Positions 11,575-24,608 of a stretch of 64,000 nt of DNA are shown piece by piece. Every line of letters begins with the position of its first letter. The stretch's first letter is position 1. A model generated the notes under the pieces. It was not told the origin of the DNA. It worked only from the letters and a program-made list of their open reading frames with translations, and searched no databases. Source of the DNA: Mobula hypostoma (lineage: Eukaryota); NCBI RefSeq assembly GCF_963921235.1, contig NC_086099.1, positions 174,468,001 through 174,532,000 on the forward strand, in the 5' to 3' direction. Both the position numbers and the translations under genes were made by a program.

Positions 11575-11920
11575 CCAGGTTCACTGTTGCCCTCAGCATT
11601 CACTCTGTCCCTCTCACTATACTCCTTGCCCATCCTCTGGGCTTCCCCCCTCCCCCTTTTCTTTCTCCCTAGGCCTCCTGTCCCATGATCCTCTCATATC
11701 CCTTTTGCCTATCACCTGTCCAGCTCTTGGCTCCATCCCTCCCCCTCCTGTCTTCTCCTATCATTTTGGATCTCCCCCTCCCCCTCCCACTTCCAAATCT
11801 CTGACTGTCTCTTCTTTCAGTTTGTCCTGACGAAGGGTCTCGGCTCGAAACGTCGACTGTACCTCTTCCTAGAGTTGCTGCCTGGCCTGCTGCGTTCACC
11901 AGCAATTTTTATGTGTGTTG
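11575..11920 (+). mobile_element. Penelope-like element pLTR/3' region with an intact minimal hammerhead motif
   Basis: Pyrimidine-rich tract followed by GTC CTGACGA AGGGTCTCGGCTC GAAA CGTC GAC. Confidence 0.75.
11824..11857 (+). ncRNA. Minimal type I hammerhead ribozyme motif
   Basis: Stem I GUC/GAC, core CUGACGA (11827-11833), stem II GGGUC..GGCUC, GAAA (11847-11850), palindromic ACGU stem III, GUC cleavage triplet ending at 11854. Confidence 0.65.
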
Positions 11921-12649
11921 ATTCATGTCATTAACTCTTTATAGGCTGCACAGGCAACATGCTCATAGTGCTGCTGCAAGCAAGTTTTGAATTGTACCTG
12001 TCCCTCACACATACATTATAATAAACCCAACATCAGCAATTTCTGCTTAGATGCCCCTTTGAGATCAACGCTGACTTATTTCCAGTCCAGCTTTGTGAGT
12101 TTTGAGATAGCTAATATGGCTCTATTGGTGCCACAGACTCCCGTATAAAAATTGCCAAAGTGTGGCTGGGAGTTGGATGATTTGTGAAGTGTTGTGCTCC
12201 TCAGCTGTTTATACACAGGTCTTGTGCCTATCCAATGCATGAACTTAAGATTCACAATATGTTCTCCTGAGTGTTCATGTGTCAAAGATTCTCAGGAGTC
12301 ACTGGGGATGTTCAATTTTTATAGCACATTTAATGTACATCTTTGAAGCTTTTTCTGTTTGCCTGCTAATCTCTTATGCACATCTTATTTAAATTAATTT
12401 TGAATGCACGATGAGAAAATACACAGGACATGAACGTAAAAACATTAATGAGAAACATTGCTTGTTGGAACCTTGACCTAAATTTCAATTGTCATTGAAA
12501 TAACATTGACAACCTAATCATTTTTAATTTCACATACTTCTAAATTAATATTTTAAAATTTAGTTTGCTCACCATTCCGTATAATTTCAAAACACGAAGA
12601 AAGCCATTTGTTCTAATGTTGGCTTGTTTGAAAGTGAATTGTGCAGAAA

Positions 12650-13210
12650 ATCAAAGAACAGCAAATGCTGGAAATCAGAAATAGAAACTGAAAAAGAACA
12701 AAAATGTTTAACTGGAGAGTCAGCATCTTAGGAAAAGGAGCTAATGGGCTGGTTTTAAGTTGGCAAGGGATATGTGGACCATCTAAGGTTCTTCCTTACC
12801 ATTTCTGGACTTCTCTGTCTCCATTTCATGCAAAGGGCAGTAACAAGCATCCATTACAGGTCCACAGACTTCCACAATTAACTTGACTCTACTTTCTTCC
12901 TCTGTGCCTCCTGTATGAGCCCCATTCCATTCTCCCAGTCCCCTTTTCTGTCTTCACCAATTGCCCTCTTACTTACAGCACTTTCCCATACAAGCACGTA
13001 CTTTCCCACCATGTAGTGCTGAATAATTATTCCAGGTGATGCAGCAACCCCTTTGCATTTATTCAAACTCAGTACTCATAATATGGTCTCCTCTGTATTG
13101 GAGAAACCAAAACAGACTTTATGGAGAGCTTGTATTCATTTTGCAGTGGTGATTCTGAGCGTCCTATTGCTCGTCTCCTTAATTTTCCATCCTACTCCTA
13201 CCTCTGACTG
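12650..13210 (+). mobile_element. Old Penelope-like element remnants
   Basis: GLLCIGET-type GIY-YIG remnant (ggtctcctctgtattggagaaacc) near 13085. Confidence 0.45.
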
Positions 13211-13767
13211 AACTCAGTTTCTCTGTGTCAGAACTGGCCAGTCAATTTGTGACACTGGCTCAGGTTTAAACCCTCCATAAGAAGAGGGACATATCCTAAA
13301 CTTCTGTATTCCAAAGATCGACACCTTTTGTGTTCTCTCCCTGTATCTTCTCCGTCTTCACAGCTACGAGTCAGAGAGTCATAGTCATACAACTGTTGTT
13401 CACTGGAGAGATGCTGAAACTAGTGATCTGAAAGTCTTTATTCAATATAACAGACCTTCTGGAGAGAATCTGGTTTCCTCTTCTGACAAAATGTTTTTTT
13501 TTATTGTCTTGAGCATAAAGTCAATACTAATCAATTAACTATGGTTTCAATGGCTATAATTACCCACTTCAACATTTTGAATGTAGACAGGTAATTTTTA
13601 AAATTCCAGTGGTAGCACACCCCAACTGGCAGAATTCCTTTGAATATACAAATCTGTTGGCTGGTCTGAAAGCTTCTGAGCAGTTTTTTTTAGACTTGAA
13701 GAATATTTCATTTAAAATTCACCAGAATATTAAGTAGATAATACAGACCTGTCCTGAACTTTACATT

Positions 13768-14742
13768 ATAGAAACATAGAACATAGAAAACCTACAACAC
13801 AATACAGGCCCTTCAGCCCACAAAGCTGTGCCGAACATGTCCTTACCTTAGAACTACCTAGGCTTACCCATAGCCCTCTATTTTTCTAAGCTCCATGTAT
13901 CCATTCAGGAGTCTCTTAAAAAACCTATCGTATCTGCCTCCACCACCGCCGCCGGTAGCCCATTCCACGCACTCACCACTCTCTGCGCAAAAAACTTACC
14001 CCTGACATCTCCTCTGTACCTACTTCCAAGCACCTTAAAAATATGCCCTCTTGTGCTAGCCATTTCAGCCCTGGGAAAAAGCCCCTGACTATCCACACAA
14101 TCAATACCTCTCATTATCTTGTACACCTCTATCAAGTCACCTCTCATCCGTCGCTCCAAGGAGAAAAGGCTGAGTTCACTCAACCTATTCTCATAAGGCA
14201 TGCTCCCCAATTCAGGCAACATCCTTGTAAATCTCCTCTGCACCCTTTTTATGGTTTCCACATCCTTCCTATAGTGAAGTGACCAGAACTGAGCACAGTA
14301 CTCCAAGTCGGGTCTGACCAGGGTCCTATATATCTGCAACATTACCTCTTGGCTCTTAAACTCAATCCCACATTTGATGAAGGCCAATGCACTGTATGCC
14401 TTCTTAACCACAGAGTCAACCTGCGTAGCAACTTTGAGTGTCCTATGGACTCGGACCCGAAGATCCCTCTGATCCTCCACGTTGCCAAGAGTCTTACCAT
14501 TTATACTATATTCTGCCATCATATTTGACCTACCAAACTGAACCACCTCTCACTTATCTGGATTGAACTTCTCAGCCCAGTTTTGCATCCTATCGATGTG
14601 CCGCTGTAACCTCTGAGAGCCTTCCACACTATACACAACACCTCCAACCTTTGTGTCATCAGCAAATTTACTAACCCATCCCTCCACTTCTTCCTCCAGG
14701 TCATTTATAAAAATCACGAAGGGTAGAGGCCCCAGAACAGAT
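13768..14742 (-). mobile_element. CR1 LINE 3' ~1 kb
   Basis: 213-aa ORF2 C-terminus (LEYCAQFWS..QRRFTRMLP..RGDLIEVYKIM); (AGAAACAT)n tail. Confidence 0.92.
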
Positions 14743-14759
14743 CTTTATTTCTCTCTGGA

Positions 14760-16440
14760 CACTAGAACCAACAAGTTCCTCTCCACAACTTGTTCTCACT
14801 CTTAATAATTTCCTCCCCCTCCCTTCCCCCTCCTTTGGCACCGCCCACTTTCTTCAAATAGAAGGTGTAGCCATGGGCACTCACATGGGCCCCAGCTATG
14901 TCTGCCTTTTTGCTGGCTACAGCCTATGTTCCAAGCCTACACTGATGTCACTCCCCAACTTTTCCTACACTACATCTACGATTGCATTGGTGATGCATCC
15001 TGTATCCGCACCGAGCTCATCGATTTCATCAACTTTGTCTCCAACTTCCACCCTGCCCTCAAATTTACTTGGTCCATCTCTGACACCTCCCACCCTTTTC
15101 TCGATCTGTCTGTCTCCATCTCTGGAGAGAGCTTATCTACTGATGTCTATTATTAACCCACAAACTCTCACAGCTACCTGGAGTATACCTATTCCCACCC
15201 TCCCTGTTACTTGAAAAAACGCCATCTCCTTTTCTCAATTCCTCTGTCTCCACCGTATCTGCTATCAGGATGAAGTTTTTCATTTTAAGATGAAGGAGAT
15301 GTCCTCTTTTTTTTTAAAGAAAGGGGCTTCCCTTCCAACACCATCAATACTGCCCTCACCTGCATCTCTTCTATTTTGAGCATGTCTGCTCTCACACCAT
15401 CCTCCTGCCACCCTACTAGGGATAGGGTTCCTCTTGTCCTCACCTACTACCCCACCAGCCTCCATATCCAGTGCATAATTCTTTGAAACTTCCGTCATCT
15501 CCAATGGGATCTCACCACCAAGCATGACTTTCTCTCTCCCAAACTTTCTGGTTTCCACAGGGATCACTCCCTATGGGACTCCTTTGTCCATTTGCCCCTC
15601 CCCACTGATCTCCCTCCTGGCACTTATCCTTGCAAGCAGAACAAGTGGTACACCTGCCCCTACACCTCCTCCCTCACTACCATTCAAGGCCCCAAGCAGT
15701 CCTTTCAGGTGAGGCGACACTTCACCTGTGGGTCTGTTGGGGTCATGTGCTGTGTCCGCTCCTCCCGGTGTGGCGTCCTATATATTGGTGAGACGTAGGT
15801 TGGGAGACTGCTTGGCTGAGCACCTACGCTCCATCCATCAGAAGAAGTGGGATCTCCCAGTGGCCACCCATTTTAATTCCACCTCCCATTCCCATTTGGA
15901 TATGTCAATCCACGGCCTCCTCTACTGTCATGGTAAGGCCACACTCAAGTTGGAGGAACAACACCTTATATTTTGTCTGGGTAGCCTTCAACTTGATGGC
16001 ATGAACATTGATTTCTCGAACTTCCGGTAATGCCCCACCTCCCTTCATGATTCCCTATCCCCTTTTCCCTCTCTCACCTTATCTTCCAGCCTGCCCATTG
16101 CCTCCTCTGGTGCTCCTCGCCCCTTTCCTTTCTTCCATGGCCTTCTGTCCTCTCTTATCGGACTCCCACTTCTCCAGCCTGTACCTTTTTCATCAATCAA
16201 CTTCCTAGCTCTTTACTTCATCCCCCCCCCACTTCCTGGTTTCACCTAGTGTTTCTCTTTCCCCTCCCCCCACCTTTTAAATCTACTCCTCATCTTTTTT
16301 TCTCCAGTCCTGCTGAAGGGTCTCGGCCTGAAACGTTGACTGTACTTTTTTCCATCGATGCTGCCTGGCCTGCTGAGTTCCTCCAGCATTTTGTACGTGT
16401 TGCTTGGATTTCCAGCATCTGCAAATTTTCTCTTGTTTAT
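14760..16440 (+). mobile_element. Penelope-like retroelement (RT C-terminal half, GIY-YIG endonuclease and pLTR), degraded
   Basis: MGTHMGPSY, LHYIYDC (YIDD-like), LKFTWS..PFLDL, FTC..CSRCG.LYIGET, HFNS..H, LEEQHLIF.LGSLQ.DGMN; hammerhead-like motif at ~16305-16342. Confidence 0.9.
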
Positions 16441-16504
16441 GACCCCATTTTATTCTCTCCGCTTTCCCACCAGCACGCCCCGATTCTACCTCTCACCTAC
16501 ATAC

Positions 16505-16685
16505 TGGGAGCAATGCACGGTGGCTAATTAATGTAGTAAACCACACATTTTTGAAATGTGGGAGGAAGCCCATGTGATTATAGGGAGGATTAACACCCCA
16601 CAAAAATAGCATCAGAGATCAGGATTGAACTCAGATCACTAAAGCAGTGAGGCAGCAATTCCAGCAGCTGCACAACTGTACTGTT
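16505..16685 (-). mobile_element. tRNA-derived SINE (HE1/V-SINE-like) fragment
   Basis: Reverse strand gives a tRNA-like head (cagttgtgcagctgctgg..gagttcaatcc) and the V-domain-like cttcctcccaca. Confidence 0.55.
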
Positions 16686-17554
16686 CTTTTATATTCATTT
16701 GCTTTGACTCCTTTTCTCTAGCTACTTGCATTAACCCATCAACCAGACAACCTTGTTTACAGGTCATCTCCACGGCAACTAGCTTATCGTACCACCATGT
16801 ACCACTCGGCTCAAGGACAGCTTCAGTCGAGCTGTTATCGGGCCCTTGAATGGACCTCCTTACAATAAGATGGACTCTTGACCTCATAATCCACCTTCTT
16901 ATCATCTTTATGAAACCCAGGATTTCAGAGGCGTTTTTAACTTGTTGCCTTTGCACCTGTACGCCCCCAGACCTTTGCAACTCATGTTCAGAATCATTAG
17001 TGCACACAATTACAAATGATTGAATAAGTCATCTTTAGTTTTGTTTTTGCAATGCTATGATTAAAGTTTTTATTGAACCTTGGTTTTCATTATATTATCA
17101 CACACAAACAATTCAATAGAAAGTATATAGGCATCTAACACCCATTATCTGTATTGCAAATGCATGTGCTCTCCTACTAAATATCCTATCCACTACTGAC
17201 CAATATAAGTGGAGGTGAGACATGCACCTACATTCTTTGTATATGCTGTCACTATGCAAAGCTTTGTGCTGAAAGATGTTAAGAGTAAGATCCAATGGGT
17301 GGACTGTGTAGAAAAGACATGAGTCCTTAATCCAAAGTTGTTCTTCAATTTATTGAGAGGATTTTCCTTTAAAAGAACATTACCTGCCGATGTGGGGAAA
17401 AGGATTCTTGTAAACAAATTGAAACCTTGTCACTGATTGTAGCATTTCTGTATTATTCCTTGTAAAGACTCATGCTGTACTCTCCAGAACAAAAAAAAAA
17501 TAGACTATCCGAATAATTCAGTAGATTAAGGATCATCTGTAATCTTAAAGGGAT

Positions 17555-18080
17555 GGTCAGCTTTTCAGGTGAAGATGCTGCATCAGGACTGAGAGTGTAG
17601 AGGGATGACAGTATATCGGAGGAGTGCATTTAGGGTGGGGTGAGGGCTGATGAGCAGATGGAGCTAGGAGGTGGTGAGGGGAAGTGGAGAATGTTGAAGC
17701 AGAGTCTAGTAGATGATAGGTGAAATTAGATAAGGGAGAAGAAGCCCAGGTGGGTAGATGTGTGGCTGATGGGCAGATGGAACCAACGCAGGGTAACAAG
17801 TCTAGGTAAGAATGGTGGAGGGAAAGAAAAGATGAACAGACTGAGAGTGAAAAAGATGGAGGGTGGGAAAGGAACACAGCAAGTGTGAGCTCTGTGAAAT
17901 TGAAAGATTCAATGTTCATACATTGGGCTGTAGGTTATGCAAGTCGAATAAGTGGTGTTACTCTTTTATTGGCCTTACCCTAGAAGTGGAGATGGCTGAG
18001 GACAGATACGTCAATGTAGGAATGGGAAGGGAAATTGAAATGGCATGTAACCAGAAGCACAAAATGGCCACTACAGATAG
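17555..18080 (-). mobile_element. Old Penelope-like element 3' fragment downstream of the STEAP4 stop codon
   Basis: Reverse strand LQPNVMNIESFNF (GIY-YIG C-terminus) and a CCTGATGCAG..CCTGAAA motif. Confidence 0.6.
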
Positions 18081-19450
18081 ATCACAACTCTCTCATTTTT
18101 ATTTTCACCTTCCAAAAGCATGGGGTTCCTCATATCAGGACAGGAAAGGTGGTCTCACTGAGAAATTTGCCGGCTGCAACATTAGACCATCTTTTTCCTT
18201 GTCTTCCATGATGACCTTTTCTGCATCTGTTCTGTGCCTGACATGGGGTTTATTTTGGCAGGCTCAACAAGTTCCCTAGTGACCAGCTTGGCAAATCTGC
18301 TACCTTTTTATAAAATGGGAAATTGCACAGTCCTTAGTACATGCTTCTGGGTGCAAATGTTATTAATGTGCTTTTCGATAATCTCCTGATTTTTAAAAGG
18401 GCATCTGAGTGGATGTCAGTTCTCTATCTAGAAAATTACCTGCCCATGAAAAAAGCAAGAAGTCCATTTCTTGCTACAGATGTTACAGATTACATACTGA
18501 TCAGAAAATTTGCCCGTTGAGTGTTTCAGACAAATCTCCCTGATGGTACCATGACAACACTTCTCTATTCCCACATGAATAAACCTAACTACCTATATAT
18601 TGCCCGTGGAATGATATGGGCCTTTGTCTACTGCTCATATGTTTATGAAGCATATTCTGATATTTATATTTTTGAGAACATTTCTCACAAAATGTTTTTG
18701 GAGTCCAGAAACTTTTCAACGTGGGATTAGAAGCTGGCTTCTGGCTGTGTCTTAATTCATATGATTAAGGGAATTTAAATTCAGCAACACTGGAGTCTTT
18801 AGAGCCTCACCTTGTACTGAATTTGAATTAGGTTCCAGATCCATACATCTCTCCTTCACCTCTCAGAAATAAATAATGTGCATGAGAAAACTGGCAAGAA
18901 GACAAACAAGAGGAACAAAACCTTTTTCAGCTACTGTGCTGATCAGCTGGAGCATCTCTGAGGTGGTTAGCCTGTCTTCGATCGGTTAGCCAGGCATTCC
19001 CTGGCTTGAACCACCTGAGTAAGGCGCAGTGAGTGCAAATGGGGAGGTCAAAGTAGCTGCTAGCTTTGGACGAATTGACCATGTGTTGCCTAATAAAGAA
19101 AAGAACACATGTCCTTTGCCAACCTTTCATGGTCATGCTGGCCAAGAAAAGAAGTAATTGTGCTAATTGTTATGTCAGCCCTGCTTATATCGCTTAATCA
19201 AGGGGCAATGGATATTAAGCTTAAATTCCTTCCTTTACAGCCTCTAAATAAGCATAGTAGAAGGAAAATGCAGTATGTCACTGTAATATTTCTGCTGCTT
19301 CAGAGGGAGGCACACTAAAGCCTTCAAGGGAAGTCATAGAATTCTATTGGCAGGAGACAGATACGGGCAAGATTTCTGCCCAATTGTCTTCTTGTCACAA
19401 AACAGACAAAAGGCAGTTCCAAACCTGCTTCAATTTAATGCTTTGTTAAC

Positions 19451-19696
19451 CTACACTACAGCCTGCTTGGTTTTTGGTTTCCTCTCCCAGCCCTGCCTGA
19501 TCCTAGTGATCATTCTGTCTATGCACGGGGTAATGAGGATCAGTTTTAAAACCAGTACGATGCAGGGGATCACTATGCCCAGCATGTATGCTTGTGGAAT
19601 CCCCCATCTGTACCATTTTGATTGTAGAAATCGATCCCAGCCAAACACTGCGCAATGAGCGGTACACAGCAAGAGGGCCAGAAAGCCCAACTTGGA
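19451..19696 (-). CDS. STEAP4: STEAP4 last coding exon (aa 381-461, heme ligand His394, stop TAG)
   Basis: SKLGFLALLLCTAHCAVFGWDRFL...IPCIVLVLKLILITPCIDRMITRIRQGWER..*. Acceptor TTTGCCTTACAG|TCC. Confidence 0.96.
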   Translation of the reverse strand, partial: SKLGFLALLLCTAHCAVFGWDRFLQSKWYRWGIPQAYMLGIVIPCIVLVLKLILITPCIDRMITRIRQGWERKPKTKQAVV

Positions 19697-19769
19697 CTGT
19701 AAGGCAAATGAAAAATCATTCAGTCCATTTTCAATAACAGCAAATACATATCATAAAACATACTTCATG

Positions 19770-20574
19770 CAGTGGATTCCAGTTAATTGGACACATCTGG
19801 ACCAGTACATTTTAGCCCAATTAATTGGCTGCTCCAATTAGCCAAAGTTTCATGGAAATGGTTAAAAGGTATAAAAAAAAGGCAAACTACCATTTAACTG
19901 AGTAAGAATTTATGTATTTAAATGAAATACAGAACAAATCAGAACACTATCAATACCTCTACAGTACTATAAAACAGTGCATTGTTTCCTAATAGTATAG
20001 GGAGGAATTCATCTGCACTGTTCTCTTGATTGACTGTAAATGAACAAAATTAGTGCACCTACTGCAGATAGGGAACTGCATTCATATGATGCTTTAGACA
20101 ATTGTATTCCCCAAATCTTCATTTTCATTGTAACATCATTAATATCTTCAAATGCTTCATATTTCCTAACTTGTTGAAGTAGTGAAATAATTTCATTTTA
20201 CTCCCTGTCATTTCTGGCATCTCCAAGCCTGAGTGCTTAGAACCGCAGTAGGCAAAGTAGATCTGAATTGTCTTACTGCTTATTTCTTGTCAACTATCAC
20301 TGCTTTTTGAACACAAACAAATGCAACTGACAGTATCTTAAAAACTGATCGCTCTAAGCACAGTGTAGTGTCTAACAGCCATGCAAGTGCATGCAACTTT
20401 CGCTTGTTAGAAACGTTTTGGCAATGGTTTTCTGTCCCAGTTAAGTGGGATGGTGTTCCAAATGTATGGAGGGAATCCTGCCTCTTTTCTTGATGTAGTT
20501 TTTGTTTTTTTAGAATTGTTCTAAACAAACAGCCGCCCCAATTAACCGATGGCCCAATTATCCAGAATCCACTG
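19770..20574. mobile_element. Tc1/mariner (Tigger/pogo-like) non-autonomous DNA transposon in the last STEAP4 intron
   Basis: TIRs CAGTGGATTCCAGTTAATTGG / CCAATTATCCAGAATCCACTG; TA on the right flank, TG on the left. Confidence 0.8.
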
Positions 20575-20941
20575 TATTTTTATTGATCTTTCCAACATAT
20601 AATGGCAGTTGCTGCCACAAGATATAACTTCTCACCTATCTTGATGAATTCATTACCAAATAAAAGATCAAATAACATACTTTTTATATAAAACTTAATA
20701 ATTTGTGTCCTGTGATTCTATCATCAATATTCTTTTTCCTTATTAATGGATGAACAAGAATATTCTAGATGTATGTTTTTTAAGTGAATCCCATAAGGGA
20801 ATACCTTGTAAAGTATATCAGCAACAGATGAATGAGGATTATCTACTAGAGCATACTGTGATGACCATGTTGTCTATATTAATAATTCAATATCTTCATT
20901 TCATTGTGACTGGTTCAATGGATATACGTGGCAAGCGATAC

Positions 20942-21106
20942 CTGTATAAATCGGAACTCTCTCCAATTTACAGCATTGCTGACAGATGGAAGAGAAGTGA
21001 TACCCAGCAGAACATAAAGACTAAATCCCAGCATTCCTAATGCGAAGTACAGGTCCATACGCCAGGACAACACCTTGCTCAACTTCATCGTTGTGTTCTT
21101 CTGTGA
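20942..21106 (-). CDS. STEAP4: STEAP4 third coding exon (aa 326-380); missed by the ORF track
   Basis: Manual translation [55 protein letters not shown]. Acceptor CCCTGCAG, donor CAG|GTATCG; 165 nt, phase 0. Confidence 0.96.
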
Positions 21107-23489
21107 CTGCAGGGCAATATCAAAGTACTAGAGTGAAGACTGTGTCAGGTTTATTATGACACTGAAGCAAAGAAATACAATTAACAATTTAGTCCCTTAA
21201 ACCTGTATTCAATTAGATGGTGACAGAATTGAACCTCATCTGCATTTGCCAGTTTAAATTCATGCCATTTTATCTAACAAAATCTATCCTTGAATGTCCT
21301 TGCAGCTATTGTATTTCAGGAGAAAAAAATCCAGATTTCTGCTACTTTATACTTCTGGAGTTCTCTTTGAATAAATTTCAAATGCTGAGAATTGAACATT
21401 GATGCTTATTATTAATATTCGTGAGTGTAAAACTAACAAGCTTATTTAAAAATACACATAATTAAAAATGTAAAGGAGTAGTATCACTTTGAGGTATTTT
21501 TCCACACACTGTTCCCTAGGAGATGCTGCGTTGCCTAAGGTGTGTACAGTCAATTTCAAGTACTGGCTATATTCTTGGTATTCTATCAGTAAGGTGAAGA
21601 GGAATATTTTCCTTAAGTAGAAACCGATGTGTTAATTTTCCAGACTTCTGAAACAATATGCAGGAAAAGACCAAGTGCTCCATTGAGCATATACTTAAAG
21701 GTTATGCTGCAATTTTTGCTTGCCACCCAGAATTGTGTTCCACCAATCAATTAAGGAATCTTCTGGAGAGGGTGAGGAATTAAAAGGAAAAAAAAACTGC
21801 CTGTTTAGAGAATTAAACATTCAAAGTCTGATGATAACTTTCCATCCCTAAGGAGAATAAAACAACTTTCAAGAGAGACTAGAAGACAAGTTCTGGTAAA
21901 TATAACAGTGCTACAGTAATATTTGAGAAATCATTGATCCTTTCCTTTCAGATTTTTGCTGCCCTTCCATGAACTCCTGTCTTCCTCAATCAGCCCTGAT
22001 TCTGAAGAGAGGTATTTTTTGTTATCTAACCTTGTTTTATCTCCACATGGTCTGTTTGCACATCTCCAAGATCTCCTTTAACCTAGCTAACTCAAGAACC
22101 TCTTGCAGTCTCCTGAGTTTAATATAGAATTCTACAACTTCAGGTCACTTGCATTGTCTGTCTGTATCATGACTGGCTTGTTCTACTGTAGGTCATCAAT
22201 TGATAATATTGGCTCGTTTTTTTTTCTCTTGACTAGTAAAGCTAAGAGCTGAGTGTTCTCTATAGCTCTACATCTCACCTTCCTTTGTTTGTGCTGCCTC
22301 TTATTCACTCTCTTTGTCTGCAATCACTTCACGTTATTTTGGTTCCTATGTTCTTGTTTTTACTTATCAACTGGCACTCATTAATCAGCAGAGATTACTT
22401 CAATTACAGTTTAATCCCACAACAACCCTGGTGTCTCTACTGTTAGGCTGGGTAAAGGCTTCTTCTACCAGGCTGAGAGACCTCCGAGTATTCTGTTACC
22501 ACCCAGTACACCCAGTAATGCCAGTAGCATTATTACCCTGTTGTATATTTAACTATGTGTTGTATAATACAGTTTATGTCAACTTGTACACCTACAGAAT
22601 ATTTTCTTTATTATTAGCTGTTAATGTTATTGTGTTAATATTATTTTATATGAGGCATGTGATGTATGTACTGTGTTTTGCACCTTGGACCAGAGAAACA
22701 TTGTTTTGTTTAGCTGTATACATGTGTACAGTTTAGTACTTGAATTTGAACTTCAACTTGGTCTCACTGTATTAGAAATATTCTCTTTGTCTAATCATCT
22801 CTGCTCCACACTCTATGCAATTTAAAAGTTACTTATTTTCCGTTTTCCCATCTGGAGAAGCAGCTTCAACCTGAAACACTCTCCACAAGTGTCGCCTGGC
22901 CAGATGTTCTTTTTTCCAGAAAGTTCTGGTTTTTTTTAAATTTCAGATTTACAATATCTACAAGTTTACAATATTGATCAACAAATATTCTATTCCCTTC
23001 ACACTCAACAAAATTGATATAATCGTATCTCCTACCATCAGCATTGCGGGACTCAGGAGAAAGCGATCTTCAGAGCCATGTTGGCCAACAACATAATTTG
23101 ACCAGTCATCCAAGTACCAACTGGATCAGAGGTCAGGAGTCACTTCCTAATTCGACAAAGTCATTTCACTACTTACTAGCCACGTAGTTAGAGCATGACA
23201 GGACACTTATCAATTGCCTGAGTGAATGCAGCTCCTATAATACTCAAGTAAGAGCCCATCCACCACTTTGGATTATTACTCCCTCCACTGAGTCTACCTC
23301 ATGACTAAAGTGTACACAGTGATAATTAGGGATGGATAACAACTGTTGGCTTTGCTAATAATGCCATCATTATTCGACTAAATGAGAAAATCCAACAAAC
23401 CTGAAAACACAGAACAAGATTTAATCATAGCTTATGTTGTCTGACTAGAGTTCCATAACCAACAGTAATCCATGGTAAATTGGATTAGA

Positions 23490-24520
23490 ATCGTGGAAGA
23501 AGCCAGAGAGTGGTAGTAGATGGTTGCCTCTCTGATTAGGCCTGTGACTAGAGGAGTGCCACAAGGATCAGTGCTGGGCCTGTTGTTTGTCAGTGATATC
23601 AATGATCTGGATGATAACGTGGTAAACTGGATCAACTAATTTGTGGATGATACCAAGAAATTAGTGGACAAGTGGGTAGGGTGGAAAAGTAAGCATATGA
23701 TATGCTTGTTTTCATTGGCTGAGGCATTGAGTATAAAAGTTGGCAAGTCATGTTGTAGCTGTAAGAAGCTTTATTCAGCCACATTTGGAGCGTTGTGTGA
23801 AGTTGTGGCCACCACACATACAGTAAGAAGGATGTGGAGTCTTCGGAGAGCATGCAGAAGAAATACAGTAGTATGTTGCTTGGATTGTAGTGTATCAGCT
23901 ATAACAAGAGGTTGGAGAAACTTGGATTGTTTTTACTGGATCCTTGGAGTCTGATAGAAGTAGATAAAATTATATGTGGCATGGATAGCGTAAATATATG
24001 CCATCCTCAGATAATGAATGGATTTCACTTTAACAGACTTTGTCCATCAGTCAGGAAATACACTATGTTACTTGATATGGTAACTATAGCTACAACGTGT
24101 TGTAATGGTTGGAATCATTTGCGTGAACAAACTTAGATATGCACTTCTGCTTTTTGAATTTAATAATATTACTGGAGCTCATTCATATGTATGATGGTTA
24201 ATAAAAAAGACATTCTTAATCTGTGGATGGCCTGTAGTATTTTTTCCAGGCTGGAAATATTAAAAACTAGAAGGTATAATTTTAATGTGAGAGGGGAAAG
24301 TTCAAAGGAGATTTGCACAGAGTGGTAAGTGCCTGGGACATGATAAAAGCGGACACAACAGCAAAGTTTAAGATGCATTTAGATGGACACATGAACAGGC
24401 ATGGAATAAAGAGGTATGGACCATGTCCAGACAAGTGGGATTAGTTGGACGGGTATCATGGCTGGTGTAGATATGGGAGGCTAAGGGTCTATTCCTGTGC
24501 TGTACTTTTCTATGTGTTCT
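23490..24520 (+). mobile_element. Degraded CR1 LINE fragments
   Basis: GVPQGSVLG..DINDLD..FVDDTK-like sequence and CR1 3'UTR. Confidence 0.7.
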
Positions 24521-24531
24521 ATCTTCTAGAG

Positions 24532-24608
24532 CAGGGGTTCCCAACTTTTTTAATGCCATGGACCTACCATTAACTGAGGGATCCATAGACCTGAGTTGGG
24601 AACCCCTG
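24532..24608. mobile_element. 77-bp hAT-Charlie-type MITE
   Basis: 15-bp perfect TIR CAGGGGTTCCCAACT; 8-bp TSD TTCTAGAG at 24524-24531 and 24609-24616. Confidence 0.9.

Noticed and set aside
19270-19295. CAGTG loop in the STEAP4 3'UTR as a possible iron-responsive element
   Set aside because: The flanks do not form the 5-bp upper stem with bulged C required for an IRE.
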